Positions 1 to 14,039 of a stretch of 64,000 nt of DNA are shown here, in pieces. The stretch lies in the NCBI GenBank assembly GCA_034780895.1, contig JAUZTB010000002.1:82025794-82089793 (forward strand), in the 5' to 3' direction. The DNA is from Rhynchobatus australiae. Its lineage: Eukaryota. Position numbers and translations under genes: made by a program. A model generated the notes under the pieces. The model had not been told where the DNA came from and made no database searches. It saw only the letters and a list, made by a program, of their open reading frames with translations. Position 1 is the first letter of the stretch. Each line of letters opens with the position of its first letter.

Positions 1-296
1 AGATGCAGGTAAGAGATAGTGATAGGCAGGTGCGGGGGAGGAGGGGAGAGCAGATCCACTGGGGGATGGGTCAAAGGGAAGGAGAGAGAGGAAAAAAAGG
101 CAAGAGAAGAGGCGTGGTGGGGGGGAGGTGTTGGGGAAGGGGAGTGGGGATTACCTCAAGTGGGAGAATTCAAGACAGAACCTTGCAGCCTAACGGCATG
201 AATATTGAATTACCCACGAGGTAATCCCCACCCACCTTCCCCACAGCCACTCCCCACCACTATGCTGCTTCTCTTCTTCCCTTTTCTAGCCCTTTG
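1..296. mobile_element. Penelope-like element termini in inverted arrangement
   Basis: TLQPNGMNIE resembles the end of the PLE GIY-YIG domain; 114-173 and 205-260 are imperfect reverse complements. Confidence 0.65.
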
Positions 297-1053
297 GTGA
301 AAGGAGGCAGAGGGTGATGGTGGAAGTTTGGGACCAGTGGTATATCACGGGATGGGTGCTTGGACCCTTGCTGTTTGTTGTATACATTAATGATACGGAC
401 GTGGATGTAGCAGGTATGACGATGAGATAAAGATTAGCGGTGTTGTTGATAGTGAGGGTGGTAGTCTTCAGCTACAGACGATATTGACGAGTCGGAAAGA
501 TGGGCTGAGAAATAGCTGATGGAATTTAATCCTGAACAATATACACTGTTACTGGGATGTTAATAAACTGGGATGTACATAAAGAATGGTAATATCTTAG
601 GAAGTACTGAGGAACAGTTGGACCTTGGTGTACAAATCCAAGGATCCCTGAAGGCAGTAGCACAGGGAGGGCAAGGTAGTTAAGAAGCCATATGGGATAT
701 TCACCTTCATTGAATAACAGAGTGCAGAGGTTATGGTACAACGACATAAAACTTTGGTTAGGGCCCAGATGGAAAACTGTGTGCAGTTCTGGTCGCCATG
801 TCAGAACTGGAAGGATGTGATTGTGCTGCAGAGGTTGAAGAAGAGATTCACCAGGATGTTGCCTGGGATGGAGCGTTTCATGAGGACGGATTGAACAGGC
901 TGATTTTGTTTCCTTTGGAATGGAGGCTGAATTAGACATATACAATTATGAGAAGCACAGACCGTGTAGATAGTGGAAAACTTTCCCCTCAGCAGAGCTG
1001 TTATGGACATAGGTTTAAGGTATGGAATCAAAGATTTTAGAGAGGGCTTAGAA
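296..1053 (+). mobile_element. CR1-clade LINE ORF2 3' fragment, degenerate
   Basis: GxVLGPLLFVVYIND, KTLVRAQMENCVQFWSP and FTRMLPG motifs of CR1 reverse transcriptase. Confidence 0.85.
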
Positions 1054-1199
1054 CTTAGAATCTGAGGCAAGATTCCTTCCAGTTGCTGCCTGTGTTTTGT
1101 CCTGAGGAGGTATCCTGACTCCAGTCTTGTATCTGTGTGCTGCATTTGGGTTCTCTGTGAGCTTGCTCTTTGCTCAACTTGTGACAGCAAATTAACTTT

Positions 1200-2800
1200 C
1201 TGGAGCAGCCTCCCACATAGGACTTTGTCAAAGGCCTTGCTAAAGTCCACGTAGACAAGGTCCACCACCTTTCATCATCGACCTTCTTGGTAACCTCCTC
1301 GAAGAACTATAAGATTTGTTGGATGGGACCTATCCTGCACAAAGCCATGTTAACTATTCCTAATCAGGCCCTGTCTGCCCAAGTACTTATACATCCTGTC
1401 CCTTCGAATACCTTCTAATAATTTACCCATGACTGACGTCAGGCTCACCAGCCTATAATTTCCTGTCTTATTCTTAGAGCCTTTTTCTTGAAGAACAGAA
1501 CAACATTAGCTATCCTACAGCACCTCACCCGTGGCTAAGGATGTTTTGTTTCTCTGTCAGGGCCCCTGCAATTTCTGCACTAGCCTCCCACAAGGTCCGA
1601 GTGGGACACCTTGTCTGGCCCTGGGGATTTATCCACCTTCATTTGCCTCAAGACAACCAGCACCTCCTCTTTTGTAATCTGGATATGGTCCATGACCTCA
1701 CTACTCTTTTCCCTCAGAGGTCTCTGTATCTGTCTCCAGAGTAAATGCACAAACTTCATTTAAGATCTTCCCATCTCTTTCAGCCCTATGCATAGATAAC
1801 CACGCTGATCTTCAAGAGGACCAATTTTGTTCCTTGCTACCCTTTGCTCTTAATATAGCTGTAGAAACCCTTGGGATTCTCTTTCACCCTATCTGCCAGA
1901 GCAATCTCATGTCCTCTTTTTAACACCCTGATTTTTCTCTTAAGTGTTCTTTTGCATTTCTTATACTCCTCAAGTGCCTCATTTGATCCTAACTGCCTGT
2001 ACCTGATATATACCTCTTTTTTCTTTACTAGGGGCTCAATATCCCTCGATAACCAAGGTTCCCTGAACCTGTTAGCCCTGCCTTTTTATTCTAACAGGAA
2101 CATACAGATTCAGTATTTCACTTTTGAAAGCCTCCCACTTACCAAGCACCTCTTTGCTGGAAAAAGCCTATCCCAATCCACACCTGCCAGATCCCTTCTG
2201 ATGCCATCAAAATTGTCCTTACTCCAATTTAGAACCTCAGCCTTTTGATTCCTCTTACTTGAATGCATGACTTCAGACTTTCCCACATTAAGTTCCACGG
2301 TTTACACCCACTCACTCAAGCTATCCATATCCAAACACCCTATCTTGCCTTGTCTGTCTTCCCCAAATGCATTATCCCACATTTGTATGGATTGAATTCT
2401 TAGTTACAACCCCTATATTTAAGTTAAATCATTAGAATATGTCACAAAGAGGAAGAGATCTAATACTAGGCCCTGTTGACCTCCACTGCAAATACCTCCA
2501 GTCACTCAAACTCCTGCTGACCACTGTCGTCTCCTACTGAGCCAATGTTTAATCTGATGTGCCACTTTCCCTCGATCCCATTGGCTTTTACTTTCCTGAT
2601 CAATTTGCACGTGGGACTTTGTCAAATGCCTTGTTAGAATTCAAGTAGACTATGATAAATGTACTTTCCTCGAGTTTCCTTGCTTCTTCTTTAAAAAAAA
2701 TTCACTCAGCTTAGTTAGACATGAATTTCCTTTCCTAAATCCATGCTGACTCTTCTCAATTAACCAGTGTCTCTCAAAATGTTATTTACAACATCCCTCG
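1200..2800 (-). mobile_element. CR1-clade LINE ORF2 fragments
   Basis: VDLVYVDFSKAFDKV; VLNWSKDNFDGIRRDLAGVDW. Confidence 0.85.
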
Positions 2801-3002
2801 GCTCACCATTGAGATGAGGCTATTATTGCATATTCAATCTATTTTTCCCCTTTAAAAAGCAGTAACATATAAACAATGTGGAGAATATTTTGTATGGGAA
2901 ACTTACTTAAAATTGATCTATCATTAATTTTAGGTTCAAAAAGCAGACGGACGTGTTTCAAATACAGAGTAGCTTTTAAGGAAAAATAAAACTGAACGTT
3001 AC

Positions 3003-3130
3003 CTGAGGAATGACCATGCTGAGAACACAGGTAATGCCAGTCAGGAAGAGCGATGGTGCTAATGTATTTCTTCTTCCCAGTCTGTCCATCACAGCACAAG
3101 CAACAATATAGGAAGGGATTTCCACTGCAC
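3003..3130 (-). CDS. SLC22A16: SLC22A16 coding exon 5 (AVEIPSYIVACAVMDRLGRRNTLAPSLFLTGITCVLSMVIPQ)
   Basis: ttgacag| acceptor, CAG|gtaacg donor, 128 nt, phase 1->0; second MFS D-R-L-G-R-R motif; gene continues beyond the window start. Confidence 0.95.
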
Positions 3131-4399
3131 CTGTCAATGGGATAATGTTTTAAATAGTGCATTAGACACATGAATACAAGATAGTTAAAACAGAAGTTAC
3201 TTAAAATGATGTGCTAAGTCAGTTTTAAAAGGCATGTTTTCCTCCTTGTTTCCNNNNNNNNNNNNNNNNNNNNNNNNNNNNNNNNNNNNNNNNNNNNNNN
3301 NNNNNNNNNNNNNNNNNNNNNNNNNNNNNNNNNNNNNNNNNNNNNNNNNNNNNNNNNNNNNNNNNNNNNNNNNNNNNNNNNNNNNNNNNNNNNNNNNNNN
3401 NNNNNNNNNNNNNNNNNNNNNNNNNNNNNNNNNNNNNNNNNNNNNNNNNNNNNNNNNNNNNNNNNNNNNNNNNNNNNNNNNNNNNNNNNNNNNNNNNNNN
3501 NNNNNNNNNNNNNNNNNNNNNNNNNNNNNNNNNNNNNNNNNNNNAGAGTGGCTAGAAAGTTTATATGCAATTCTGATGAAGGACATACACTCAAGACATA
3601 AGCAACCTTCTTTACAGATGTTGTCTCATATGGTACATATTTCAAGTACTTTGTTGAACACATCTAGATTGCTTAAATAGGCAAGAGCTTTCTAATCACA
3701 TCACATTTGAAAGAAATACATGTAATGAAAAGTCAATCAATGAACCAACATTTGCATCATATTTAAAACATCGTTTATTGTCCTATAGAGACCAACTGTT
3801 AAAACAACTGAAATTAAGATGTGTGGTAAATGCTAATATAAAATGTATTTATAAATCAATCCAGAAAGCCCAACAATCCAATTTAATAAGTGAGCAATAT
3901 CCTGCTAAATATTTTCAGAACTAAGTTTGAATTACAAACTTGGTAGTTCTTTACTAACTTTTTTTTTCAAGATTGTGTTGATTCCATAACTGGAGTTCAG
4001 TGCCATGTTTATTTTGTGGAATCATTAGCAAATATCATGGTTCTGAGTACTGGCCCTTCATTAGCATTCAAACTACTTTTATGAAAATAAACCTTAAAGG
4101 GAACATTTCCATCTGGAAGAGAAGTTTCCTCTGGCTGGAACAAAAAGGGAAGCTTTATACTTACTTTGAGATCAGTACCTGACTTCACAGTGATTTTCAA
4201 CAAGGGCCTGATTATGTACTGTATATTTCTGTTTTTGGATTGGGGACACCAGTGTTTACTCTTAGCTGGGAAAAGGTGGAAAATGACCTGAAAGCTTTAA
4301 AAGGGCAAGTGGATTGCTAACATAAGGAGAAAGATCTGCTGAAGAAACAGCAGATGTGTTACATTTTCAGAAGTGTGTTTTATCAACAAATTTAACCCC

Positions 4400-5020
4400 C
4401 CCCCAACTATCACTTTCCTGGGTGTCATCACTGAGCAGAATCTCAACTGGACCAACCATATAAATACTGTGTTACTCAATGAGTTACTGAGTTACACAAT
4501 GGCTGGATATTCCACAGTGAGTGACTCTTCTCCTGACTCCCAAAGCCCTTGCATCAACTACCAGGCATAAAGTCAGGAGCATGAAGAAATTCCCTCCATT
4601 TGCCTGGATGAGTGCAGCTATAACAACTCTCAAGAAGCTCAGCACCATCCAAGACAAAGTAGCTCATTTGACTGGTACCTCATCCACCACCGTAAACATA
4701 CATTCTCTCCATCACCAACGCACAGTGGCTCCAATGTCTACCATCTACAACATGCACTGCAGTTGTTCATCCAGGCTACTCTGACAGCACCCCACCCCCC
4801 AAACATGTTACTTCTACCACCAAGAGGGACAAGGCCAACAGGTGCATAGGAACATGACCACCTGCTGGTTATCCGCTTAAAACTTCATTCCAACTTGGAA
4901 GAATATCACTGGTCTTTCATCGCTGCTGGGTTTAAATGCTGGAACCCCCTACCCAACAACATTATGGGAATTCCGTCTGATTCCGAGGGATTGCAGTGGT
5001 TCAAAATGGATGGAGCAATT
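4400..5020 (+). mobile_element. L2/Crack-type LINE 3' fragment
   Basis: LGVITEQNLNWTNHINTV and AWMSAAITTLKKLSTIQDK..HSLHHQRTVA are RT C-terminal LINE motifs. Confidence 0.75.
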
Positions 5021-5779
5021 AGGGATCCAGGTCATAAAAATTAATGGTTAAAAGAAAGTCCTCAGAGGGGCTTGGCAGAAGAGATTCACGAAAGGAGTAT
5101 TTCTCAGAAATATGCACAGCTTGTTTGGATTGCTGTTGGAGTGCATGTAGTGTCAGGTATCCAGATGACTTCGAAATGAATATAGAAACTCTTAGCTTCA
5201 GCAAGCATGTTGAAGTAAGGCGAGCCAACCCTGCTGTATATCCAGTAGATGGGGAAAATAATTCAGGCTGCTGAAGCAGGGGTGAGTGTGTGGGAAAGGT
5301 TCACGGCTTGTCCAGCCATTGAGGTCAGCCAACGTGGTTTCATTGTACTGCCTTCTAGTTTATCCAGCAACATCTGACATCTCTCTTCCACCCCCAGGAT
5401 TGGCTGAAACAATTTCCAACTCTATATTTACTAAGTATATCCGTTCCAACCTCAACTTCCCTTCTGGATGTTGGCCAAATCTTGAGTTCAACCTCAGCAG
5501 TCAGCCAAACTCAAGTCTCTTGCTCGCAGATTCCTTTCATCAGTTTCTTCTTGACTAAAGCTGTCTGTCCAATTCTTAGCAAGCTCTATCCAAGCTACAC
5601 AGCCATCTTGCAGCATGGCACACCTTTTGCCACTTGAGACTGTCGTTGTTGTTGCATGGCCCATCATAAATGTTACCCCTGCAAGCAAGCTTTGCAGGTG
5701 ACCAACTCTCTGAATGTTTGTTTATTCAATGTGATAGAGGATTACCACATCAAACCAACTCCAGCATGCCCCTCCGTGT

Positions 5780-5960
5780 CAGATAGGCTGAGTGATCGCA
5801 CTCTCACCACCGAGTCAGAATGTTGTAGATTCAAGCCCACTCCAAGACAAACCAGGTTGATGCACATGAATAGCAGTGAAAGCCTTGAACTATTAAAAGT
5901 GTTATCTTTCAGATGAGATAATAAGCTGATAAGTATTCAGGTGGATGCAATATTGGCTAA
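5780..5960 (+). mobile_element. tRNA-headed SINE fragment (Deu/SacSINE1-like)
   Basis: gcactctc..gagtcagaa..gattcaagcccactcca B-box-like head; similar to the copy at 36.9 kb. Confidence 0.55.
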
Positions 5961-8339
5961 GGGAGAGAAAGCAGAGATAGTAAGTTCTTTTTCAGAAGTG
6001 CGTAGTGGAGAGTTCCCCTTCTGCACCACCCACCACCAGACCCACCTGCTCCCACCTGGGAACACCCGTAGGACTTTGCACCCTTGTGATACTTATAGGA
6101 TATAATTTCAAAGTCTGCAGGTGACATAAATTCAGAAATTTAACAGATTTACCAGTTAGGATGAAAGTAGCAGAATTCAGGATCAGCTCATTAGCAAAAT
6201 GATGGGAGGTGATGTGAACATTACTATCAAGCAGCAGTTGTTCTCCTTTATTTTATTTGGATTTTCCAGGACTGTTGAGCTCCAGATCTCACTTATTCCA
6301 GAAGAGCTGAATCCCACGTGTGAAGGCAGTGATTACCTTTGGCATAACTTTCAATCAAGGTTAGCATCAGGGAACCGGAGTAAAATTGAAGTCAAAAGAA
6401 ACCTGGGGGCAAACTCTTCACTGCGCAAAGCAAGACGGCCATGGATGTTGAAAGTTGACCAAATTGGCCCCAGTATTTTGCTGCAGGAATTGTTTGGTGA
6501 AGTATCTTATTTCTGCTGGGTCAAAGGTTCAGGAACACTCTGCAGAAGTAGCATTTCATACACAGTCTGGACTGCTTCAATGCAGTGGCTCACCCATACC
6601 AACTCAATGGCAATTATGATGGGTAATAAATGGTGGCTTAGCATTCAATATGATTTCTCATGGAAGAATAACATAATGCAAGTCAAATACTACGCACTGG
6701 TGGTTTCAGTTTCATTCTAAGTCTCTGCTTGCACTGCAGAGTTTTGAAATTTGCAAGTATGAGCTCAGATCTATTGATAGATATGACTGTTTTTGTACCA
6801 CGTGTCCCAGCATAATAAGATTTCTTATACATTGGAGGATTGAGGAAAACGTGGGGGAGGCCAAGTATCTTTTCAGATTCCCTGTACTGTTGGAAGTATT
6901 TGAAATGTAACATTGGAAGTGCAGTTACATATGTTCTATTCTTAGCCAGTTTGGAATATAATTTAACCAATCACTTGCAGATGGTGAGTAATAGGCAAGT
7001 AGCAAGTTGCTGATGCACCAGGACACATGGAGATAAACTATCAAACTGAGTAAGCTCCAAATGTTCAATGCTTTATTAGCAATAAGACTGATGCCAGTTT
7101 AAGTGAAGTTAAACATTTGTGACACCCTATCACTTCTGACAGGCTCAGGCTGTCAGCGGGATCTTGTCAGTTTCTCAGGCTGACAAAAATGAAGGTTGCT
7201 TGCAGCATCTCCCTTCCATTTTAAAACACATTACCCTTCAGGGCTACACAGTCAAAATGGGAAGAAAACCAAGCATAAAAATTGTCAAGGAACATAGGTT
7301 ATTAAAAGGCATTTGTTGTTATGAATGTCTTGAAAATTGGTTGCTAGATTTTTCAAAAAAAAAAGTACCTACTGAAAATGAGTACTCTTAATTATTGGTG
7401 CTGTCCATCTTTCTTTACTTATGCCTTAAATGAGGTAGCTAAACAACTGGCAAATTCCCAAATCCATCCTCAAATGAAATTATTGTTTATATTAAAAGGT
7501 AAGTGTGATCAGTTAATATCTTGCTTAGATAAAAATAAGTTGGCAGTTCCTAATTACAGCCAGTTTAGTCACATAATTAAAAAAGGTTTTACTTTCAAAA
7601 CAGATACCAAAATTATAGCTTAAGGGTTGTTTAAGTTTGCAAACAGGAGGTTTCTAGTGATGCAAAGATTTGTAAAAAGCTAAAAACCTAACACCCAGAA
7701 AGCTTTTGACAAGATGCATATCAAGTAGAGAACAGTATAACCAAATGGCAGCTGATGGGTCAAGCCAGTTTCCCAAGAAATGTCCATGTAGCTCAGATGG
7801 AGTCCCACACAGTGGTTTTGAATTCTAATCCTTTTCTTACTAGATAACCCTTGGGTGAGTTTTTGCAGCTGTAATGAACTATTAGATGGTCCACTTCTTT
7901 GTAATGAAGTAATTGATCACAGCAATCATAATGCCATGTCATATTAGCCAATTACAACCACTTTCAGCAAATACCAGAGAATTGACTAGACATCTTCATA
8001 CTATGCTGATGTTCCAACTCTGCACCATTGCATAGTAAAAAAAAACTGGATTTACAGTGGAATACATCCACAGAAACCCACATTGACAAGCTGGTACTCT
8101 CCTAGGTGATGTGGGGAATATGTACTTCTTTCCCATAACAACTTCAGGACTGCTTGGCCACGCAAGTTTACAATTTCTGGTTCTTCAGTGAGTCTTACGT
8201 ATGACAGAGATACTTTGTAATTTGAACCAAGGAAATCTGTCAGCACCAACCTCACTTCCTTAATATTAGACTAATATTGGGCTAATAAGAAACCTAAATT
8301 ACCTGGAGAATTGAGTAGAACATGGGAAATATAGTTGGG

Positions 8340-8790
8340 AGAGTCATACAGCATGGAAATAGGTCCTTCGGCCCAACTGGTCCATTCTGAACAAGATGTC
8401 CATCTACTCTTGTCCCATTTGCCTGTGTTTGGCCCATATCCTTCTAAACCTTTCCTATCCATGTACCTGTCCAAATATCTTTTAANNNNNNNNNNNNNNN
8501 NNNNNNNNNNNNNNNNNNNNNNNNNNNNNNNNNNNNNNNNNNNNNNNNNNNNNNNNNNNNNNNNNNNNNNNNNNNNNNNNNNNNNGTGTTTGGCCCATAT
8601 CCTTCTAAACCTTTCCTATCCATGTACCTGTCCAAATATCTTTTAAATGTTGTTATTGTACCTGCTTCAACAGCTTTCTCTGGCAGCACCACCTCGATGT
8701 GAAGAAGTTGCCCCTCAGGTCCCTTTTAAATCTTTCCCCTTTCACCTTATACCTATGCCCTCTAGTTCTTGATTCCCATTCTCTGGGAAA
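8340..8790 (-). mobile_element. CR1 LINE 3' end spanning an assembly gap
   Basis: SRTRGHRYKVKGERFKRDLRGNFF and LPEKAVEAGTITTFKRYLDRYMD plus 3' tail. Confidence 0.9.
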
Positions 8791-11179
8791 AAGGTAAAGT
8801 GGCAAAATTAAAAATAAAATCCTGCATGCTGCCTGCAACTGAACAGATTCATAGTTCTATCTTTTCCATTCTAGAAGATTTTGCTCGCTAAAAATGGCCC
8901 AGTTTACAAAAAAGAATTTAGCTTAACCGCAGCAAATGGTCTTAGATGCCAAGTATGACTCTATATTGCTAACAGCAATGGAACGGAGTGAGATCAGCAG
9001 TGTTTTTACAGGATAGTTTTATAATCCTGCTTTGTGTAGGGAAGATGTAAGGAAATTTATCCAATTCACTCTATGAATCATGGTACCATTCACTGAATTT
9101 CCTGAGTTATTGGGTCTTTCCTAAGCTTTCATAAGCTTTCCTAACAGTAAGCGTAATGACTCTGAAGAGTATCTATCATTGTATCCTGTGTTGTTTATCC
9201 TTGACTAATTGTGTTCCTTATGGTGTTTCCAAACCAGAATCTCAATCTGGATAACATGAATTAAAGATACCATTCACTTCTTCACACATTCTTCAACTAT
9301 ATTCTGGTTATTTTATGAAATTTATCAGATTCCATTGCACATAGCTTAAAACCATTTAGCTTTAGTTAAGATAAACACTGAAAGACACTGACCGCCTGCC
9401 ATATAGGGAATAATCAAACCCATTGAAGCAGTCAGTTTAGGGACTTTGGGTGTCTAGAATAATCTAAAGAGATTAAAAATTCTGTCTTCTGAAAAAACAT
9501 TGGCTTGAACTTTTTCTGCTGGTTTTCTGGCATTAAGATGGCTCTAACAACCTCCATATCTCGTTTTGAGAAGTTCTAAAAGATTCATTAGCACCTATTC
9601 AATGTGGTGTGATGCAATATCCTTGTGTGGCACCCTTTTGTTTCAGGAGTAGCTGGNNNNNNNNNNNNNNNNNNNNNNNNNNNNNNNNNNNNNNNNNNNN
9701 NNNNNNNNNNNNNNNNNNNNNNNNNNNNNNNNNNNNNNNNNNNNNNNNNNNNNNNNGCTGGCATTACTGGCTGATTTTCATGCACTACTAGCACATGTTC
9801 TCATAGTTCTATCTTCAGAAACAACCTTTATATAGCCATGCTATAATACAGGCAGCATTCTTTCTGTTGCTGGGGAATGTTGACAAAGAATGGAAATGTG
9901 CTCCAATAACAGGGTGGTAGAATCTTGATGGGGAGGTGGGGAGCAGCTGAAACTGCAAGCAGGAGACTTCCTTCCTACCCTTCACCCTCATGGGAAGTCA
10001 CCTGGACTCTAACTATTCCATTGTTCTATTACAGTTTTGCTCACCAATATTTGTTTCCACTTTTCTCAATGCCAGATCTGTTCTCATCCAATTGACCAAT
10101 TTTTATATTGGACTGGTCTGCATCTTTTTTCCAGTGCTACTTTTGATCTGATGAGAATGTAATTACCATTTCCTAGGTGTTCCCTCTCTGATACTTGCAC
10201 CATTTGACCTGGCACATTTCCCAGAAACCAACGTCAGCAATGCCGCCTCCTCTGCTATTGGACCTGAAACATATTGATCAAGAGAGTTCTTCTGAACCAA
10301 AACTCGCCTCTCTCTTATGTTATTACTACCCAAATCTACATTGGATAGTTGAAGTGCCCCTTTATCATTACACTACTTTGTGTCTTATAGTCGGTAGAAA
10401 TTCTTTAGGATATCGGTTAGCAAGTCCCTTGCCACAGGATAGCCAATATTTTTGTCTTCACAAGGAGAGAGAGTGCAGAGATCTTTCCTACTAATGTTGT
10501 CAAAGACAGATGCAGCTGTAACAGAGAGATTTGTGAGGACAAAATCAAGTAGGTTGCGTTAGTGCACGTACTACCTACTACAGACCTAGTTTGGCAGCTA
10601 CGTCGTCCAGGATTTAGCTAGCTCATTTGGTAGTGGGTCTAGAGGCCAATTTGCTGATGTACATTGAAGTCCCCATCCATAATATATTTAGTGTAGTTGG
10701 TACTTTCAGTGCTTATTCCAAGTGTTACCTAACATTTTTCAGCTGAGTGAGGACAACAGATAGTAATCAGGTTGAGGTTTCCTTGCCCATGTTTGACCTG
10801 ATACCATGTGATTTCATGAGTCTAGAGTCAATGTTAGTTCAAGCCTTTAGGTAACATAACCAATGTGCCACCACAATAATATCTCTAAAGTATAGCAGGG
10901 AACCAGTTGGGTATTTACAATAACCTAGCTGTATCACGGCCACCATTACCGATTGAATTTAATTTAGTTGAATTTAAATATCCCAGCTATCCTAGTGGGA
11001 TTGAAAAAACGTTTCAGGAACAATAGTCCAGGCCTCTGGATATTAAGCCAGTAACTAAATACCAGTAATTAAGTCAGTCACCACCACCTTCTCAAGGGCT
11101 ACTATGGTTGGACAATAAATGCAGGAATTGCCAGTGATGTTCAGATCTAGAAAAAAATAATAAATAAAAGCTTCTGATG

Positions 11180-11500
11180 ACTTTTCCACCTAGGATGGAA
11201 ATGTCAAATACTAGAGGGCATAGTTTTAAGGTGAGAGATGGAAAGTTTAAAGATCTATGAGGCAAGCTTTTTTTTACACACAGAAGATAGTAGGTGCCAG
11301 GAATGCACTGTCAGGGAAAGTGATGGAAGCAGATACAACAGCAGTATTTAAAAGGCATTTAGACAGGCACATGAACAGGCAGGGAATGGAGAGATATAGA
11401 CCATGTACAGGCAGATGGGGTTAGTTTGGATTGGCATCATGGTTGCCACAGACATTGTTGGCCAAAGGGCCTGTTCTTGTGCTGTACGGTTCTATGTTCT
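11180..11500 (+). mobile_element. CR1 LINE 3' end
   Basis: TRGHSFKVR..FKRHLDRHM; ends in a (ttctatg)-type tail. Confidence 0.85.
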
Positions 11501-11600
11501 AATTATTGTACAGAATAACACAAATATCACTTAGCATCATCATTTCTTGTAGTAGTTTTATGGTTTTACAGTTTCTGATGAGTCTTCCTGCATTCCTGAA

Positions 11601-11677
11601 TCACAAATGGAGAACTCCATCACATTATAGAACATTCCCAAAATATTCTATAATGTAATGGAGTTCTCCATTTGTGA
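11601..11677. repeat. 77-nt inverted repeat (36-bp arms, 5-nt loop)
   Basis: 11601-11636 is the reverse complement of 11642-11677 with 2 mismatches. Confidence 0.95.
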
Positions 11678-12622
11678 GTCAAGCCAAAGACTTCTGAAAT
11701 CCAATGACTGTTAAGAACATCACTTGCAAATCAGATTCTCTTCCAGCATATCAAATTTGATACCTCTCTTGTAAAAAAAAAATGCATTAAGTCAACTAGC
11801 TTTCCCATTGCCCATCTACAGTCTCCCAAAAAAAAGCATAAAAAATAAAGAACTCAAGATATTGTATCACAGTAAGAATTTTTGTTGATCGGGATAGAGA
11901 TTTATGCAGAATATTCAAAGCCAATCAGTCAAATGACTAAAAACCGAATTTAAATCCACTCCTACAATGCTCTTGAATGGTATAGTTTCTGATTCAGTAG
12001 GATGCTATGCAGCACTGCTTAATCAAGTGTGCATATCTTCTAGATTAGGTTTTGCGTTATGTTTTTGCCCCATGAAGGTCATATTTACCATCAATCCCCT
12101 CCGTAGCATTTGCTCCGACTACCAAATCTTAGGAACTTCTCACTTTAGACTCAGTTTTGTTAAAATACTGGTCATCAAATGTCTTCGCTAGCATTAGCAA
12201 ATGAAATTAGATCCATTGGACCATTTGAAGTGTTTTGCCCCTTAAGTTTTAATTACAATCTTATGTTCACTTATTATGTCACCCATACAGTTTTTAACCA
12301 CTGCAGAGAGAACACCGTTGAAGAAAATGTCAAGCACCTGAATCGCCTAGGCAAAGGAGGCTACGTGCTGGAAGATGGAATTAATACTTGTGGGTCCCCA
12401 CCAGTTGGTACAGACATACTGGGCTGAATGGCCTATTTCTGTACTGTATGATTCAATTACTAAAATTTAACATTAGATGCAAAACAAAAACAAGTGTTCT
12501 TTGCCAGATGAACATGACGGTTTTGTATATTTGTGGGCCACTAAAATAATAATGCTGTTTACTTCAGTTACATTCAAATGCCAGGTAATCCCACCTGTGT
12601 TTCAATGCAAATGTGCTCTTAC

Positions 12623-13175
12623 CTGCTAGAAAGAGGTTCAGGTATTCGTTTCCACCCAGATTGACAGAGCCCAAAGAGCTAACATAATAGCCCAGACTCC
12701 CCGTAAACCACACTAGCCAAACGGTTATGGTCCTCTTAACCAAATCACAGGTACGGAAAAGATCCAAGATGCTCATTTTCTTTTCTTTGGTCATGTGTTG
12801 ATTGTTTGTAATTTCTTTGTCAGTTGAATCCTCAGGACTATTCATCTGCATCACAGAGAGGTGACAAGGGATCTTAACTCTGTTCCACTGGGCAATTCTG
12901 TCAAGCAGCTTCTGGACATCTTCAATTCGCCCTTTAGCCAGAAGCCACCAGGGTGTCTCAGGTAGCAGCCAGCAGAAAAAGATGAAAGGAATGGTCACAA
13001 GTGACAGTATAAGTTGGTAGAGCCTCCAAGTCCGCACCAGGAATCCAACCAAGGCAACCACCATAATGCCAACAGCAAAGTAAGCATGAACGTGCATGGA
13101 GGCCCAACTGCGGGCCTTCAATCCAGTATACTCTGTCACATAGACAAATACTACCACGAGGTAGCCACTGGCAAC
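12623..13175 (-). CDS. SLC22A16: SLC22A16 coding exon 4 (VASGYLVVVFVYVTEY...LPETPWWL...NLGGNEYLNLFLAG)
   Basis: aaacag| acceptor, G|gtaaga donor, 553 nt, phase 0->1; PET/PESP motif and NLGGNEYLNLFL are typical of SLC22A16. Confidence 0.96.
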
Positions 13176-14039
13176 CTGTTTCAAATACAAAAATAAACAT
13201 GTAACATTTGTATCTAATTCCATAAAGTTCTTCATCATTAAAACTTTTAAGCCACCCTCTTCACTTTAGATCTTCTTTCTCCTGTAGAACACAGTACCCA
13301 TACTGTAAAGGTTGGGTAGATAAACTTATTTTTAGCCTTTGATGTTCCATTGTCAGAGACGAACAAGAACCCTGATATTTTGTTATTTCAATGTCTTAGT
13401 TAACATATAGTTTAGCTGAGATTAAGGTTTCCCCATGTAGCAACATGTTATTATCCCCTATTTAATAAGGTTTTAAATATACTTAATTGGACCTAAACAC
13501 ACATACCCACTAACACCTTACTCCCACCCCCTCAATCAGATGTGATGATTAACCCATAACAGCAGCAGTAATGCAGCTCTGATACAATGGCATCTGTGAA
13601 GACTGCCATTCTTTTCCATCACAAAGCTCATACTAAAATTTAGCAAGAAAATGGCAGTTGATACTTCCATACCAGGCAACTGAAGCAACAAAGGATAACT
13701 TGCATTCATAAAAAAGTCAATAACTTGCAATTTTACTTTACTACTGACACATTAAAGGCATTCTCAGCCAAAACTTGGTTTTCTTACAAGTACTAAAGAC
13801 CCATCAAAGCAAAAAGAAGGGTAAGAATTTTAGATGAACGGGGGAAATTTAACATAATCTACAGGCACAAAGCAAACTGATGTTTCATGCTGACTGATAC
13901 TACTTCTTATTCTAGTCACTGGACTATAAAATAATAGAATGGAACTCAACTTGAACCTGCTTGTTTCCTATCCAGAGGGTTTGATCAAACTTACTCTTTA
14001 AGTTGAGGAACTCATGTATTCAGAGCAACTATAAGTAAC

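Noticed and set aside
2839-3171. ORF-track protein overlapping exon 5
   Set aside because: Wrong frame; the real exon is 3003-3130 in another frame
6199-6720. 173-aa + strand ORF in intron 4
   Set aside because: No recognisable domain, antisense to the host gene; probably a chance ORF
8425-8646. ~60-bp direct repeat flanking a 100-N gap (likewise 38232-38378)
   Set aside because: Identical sequence on both sides of a fixed-size gap indicates unmerged contig overlap, not a biological duplication
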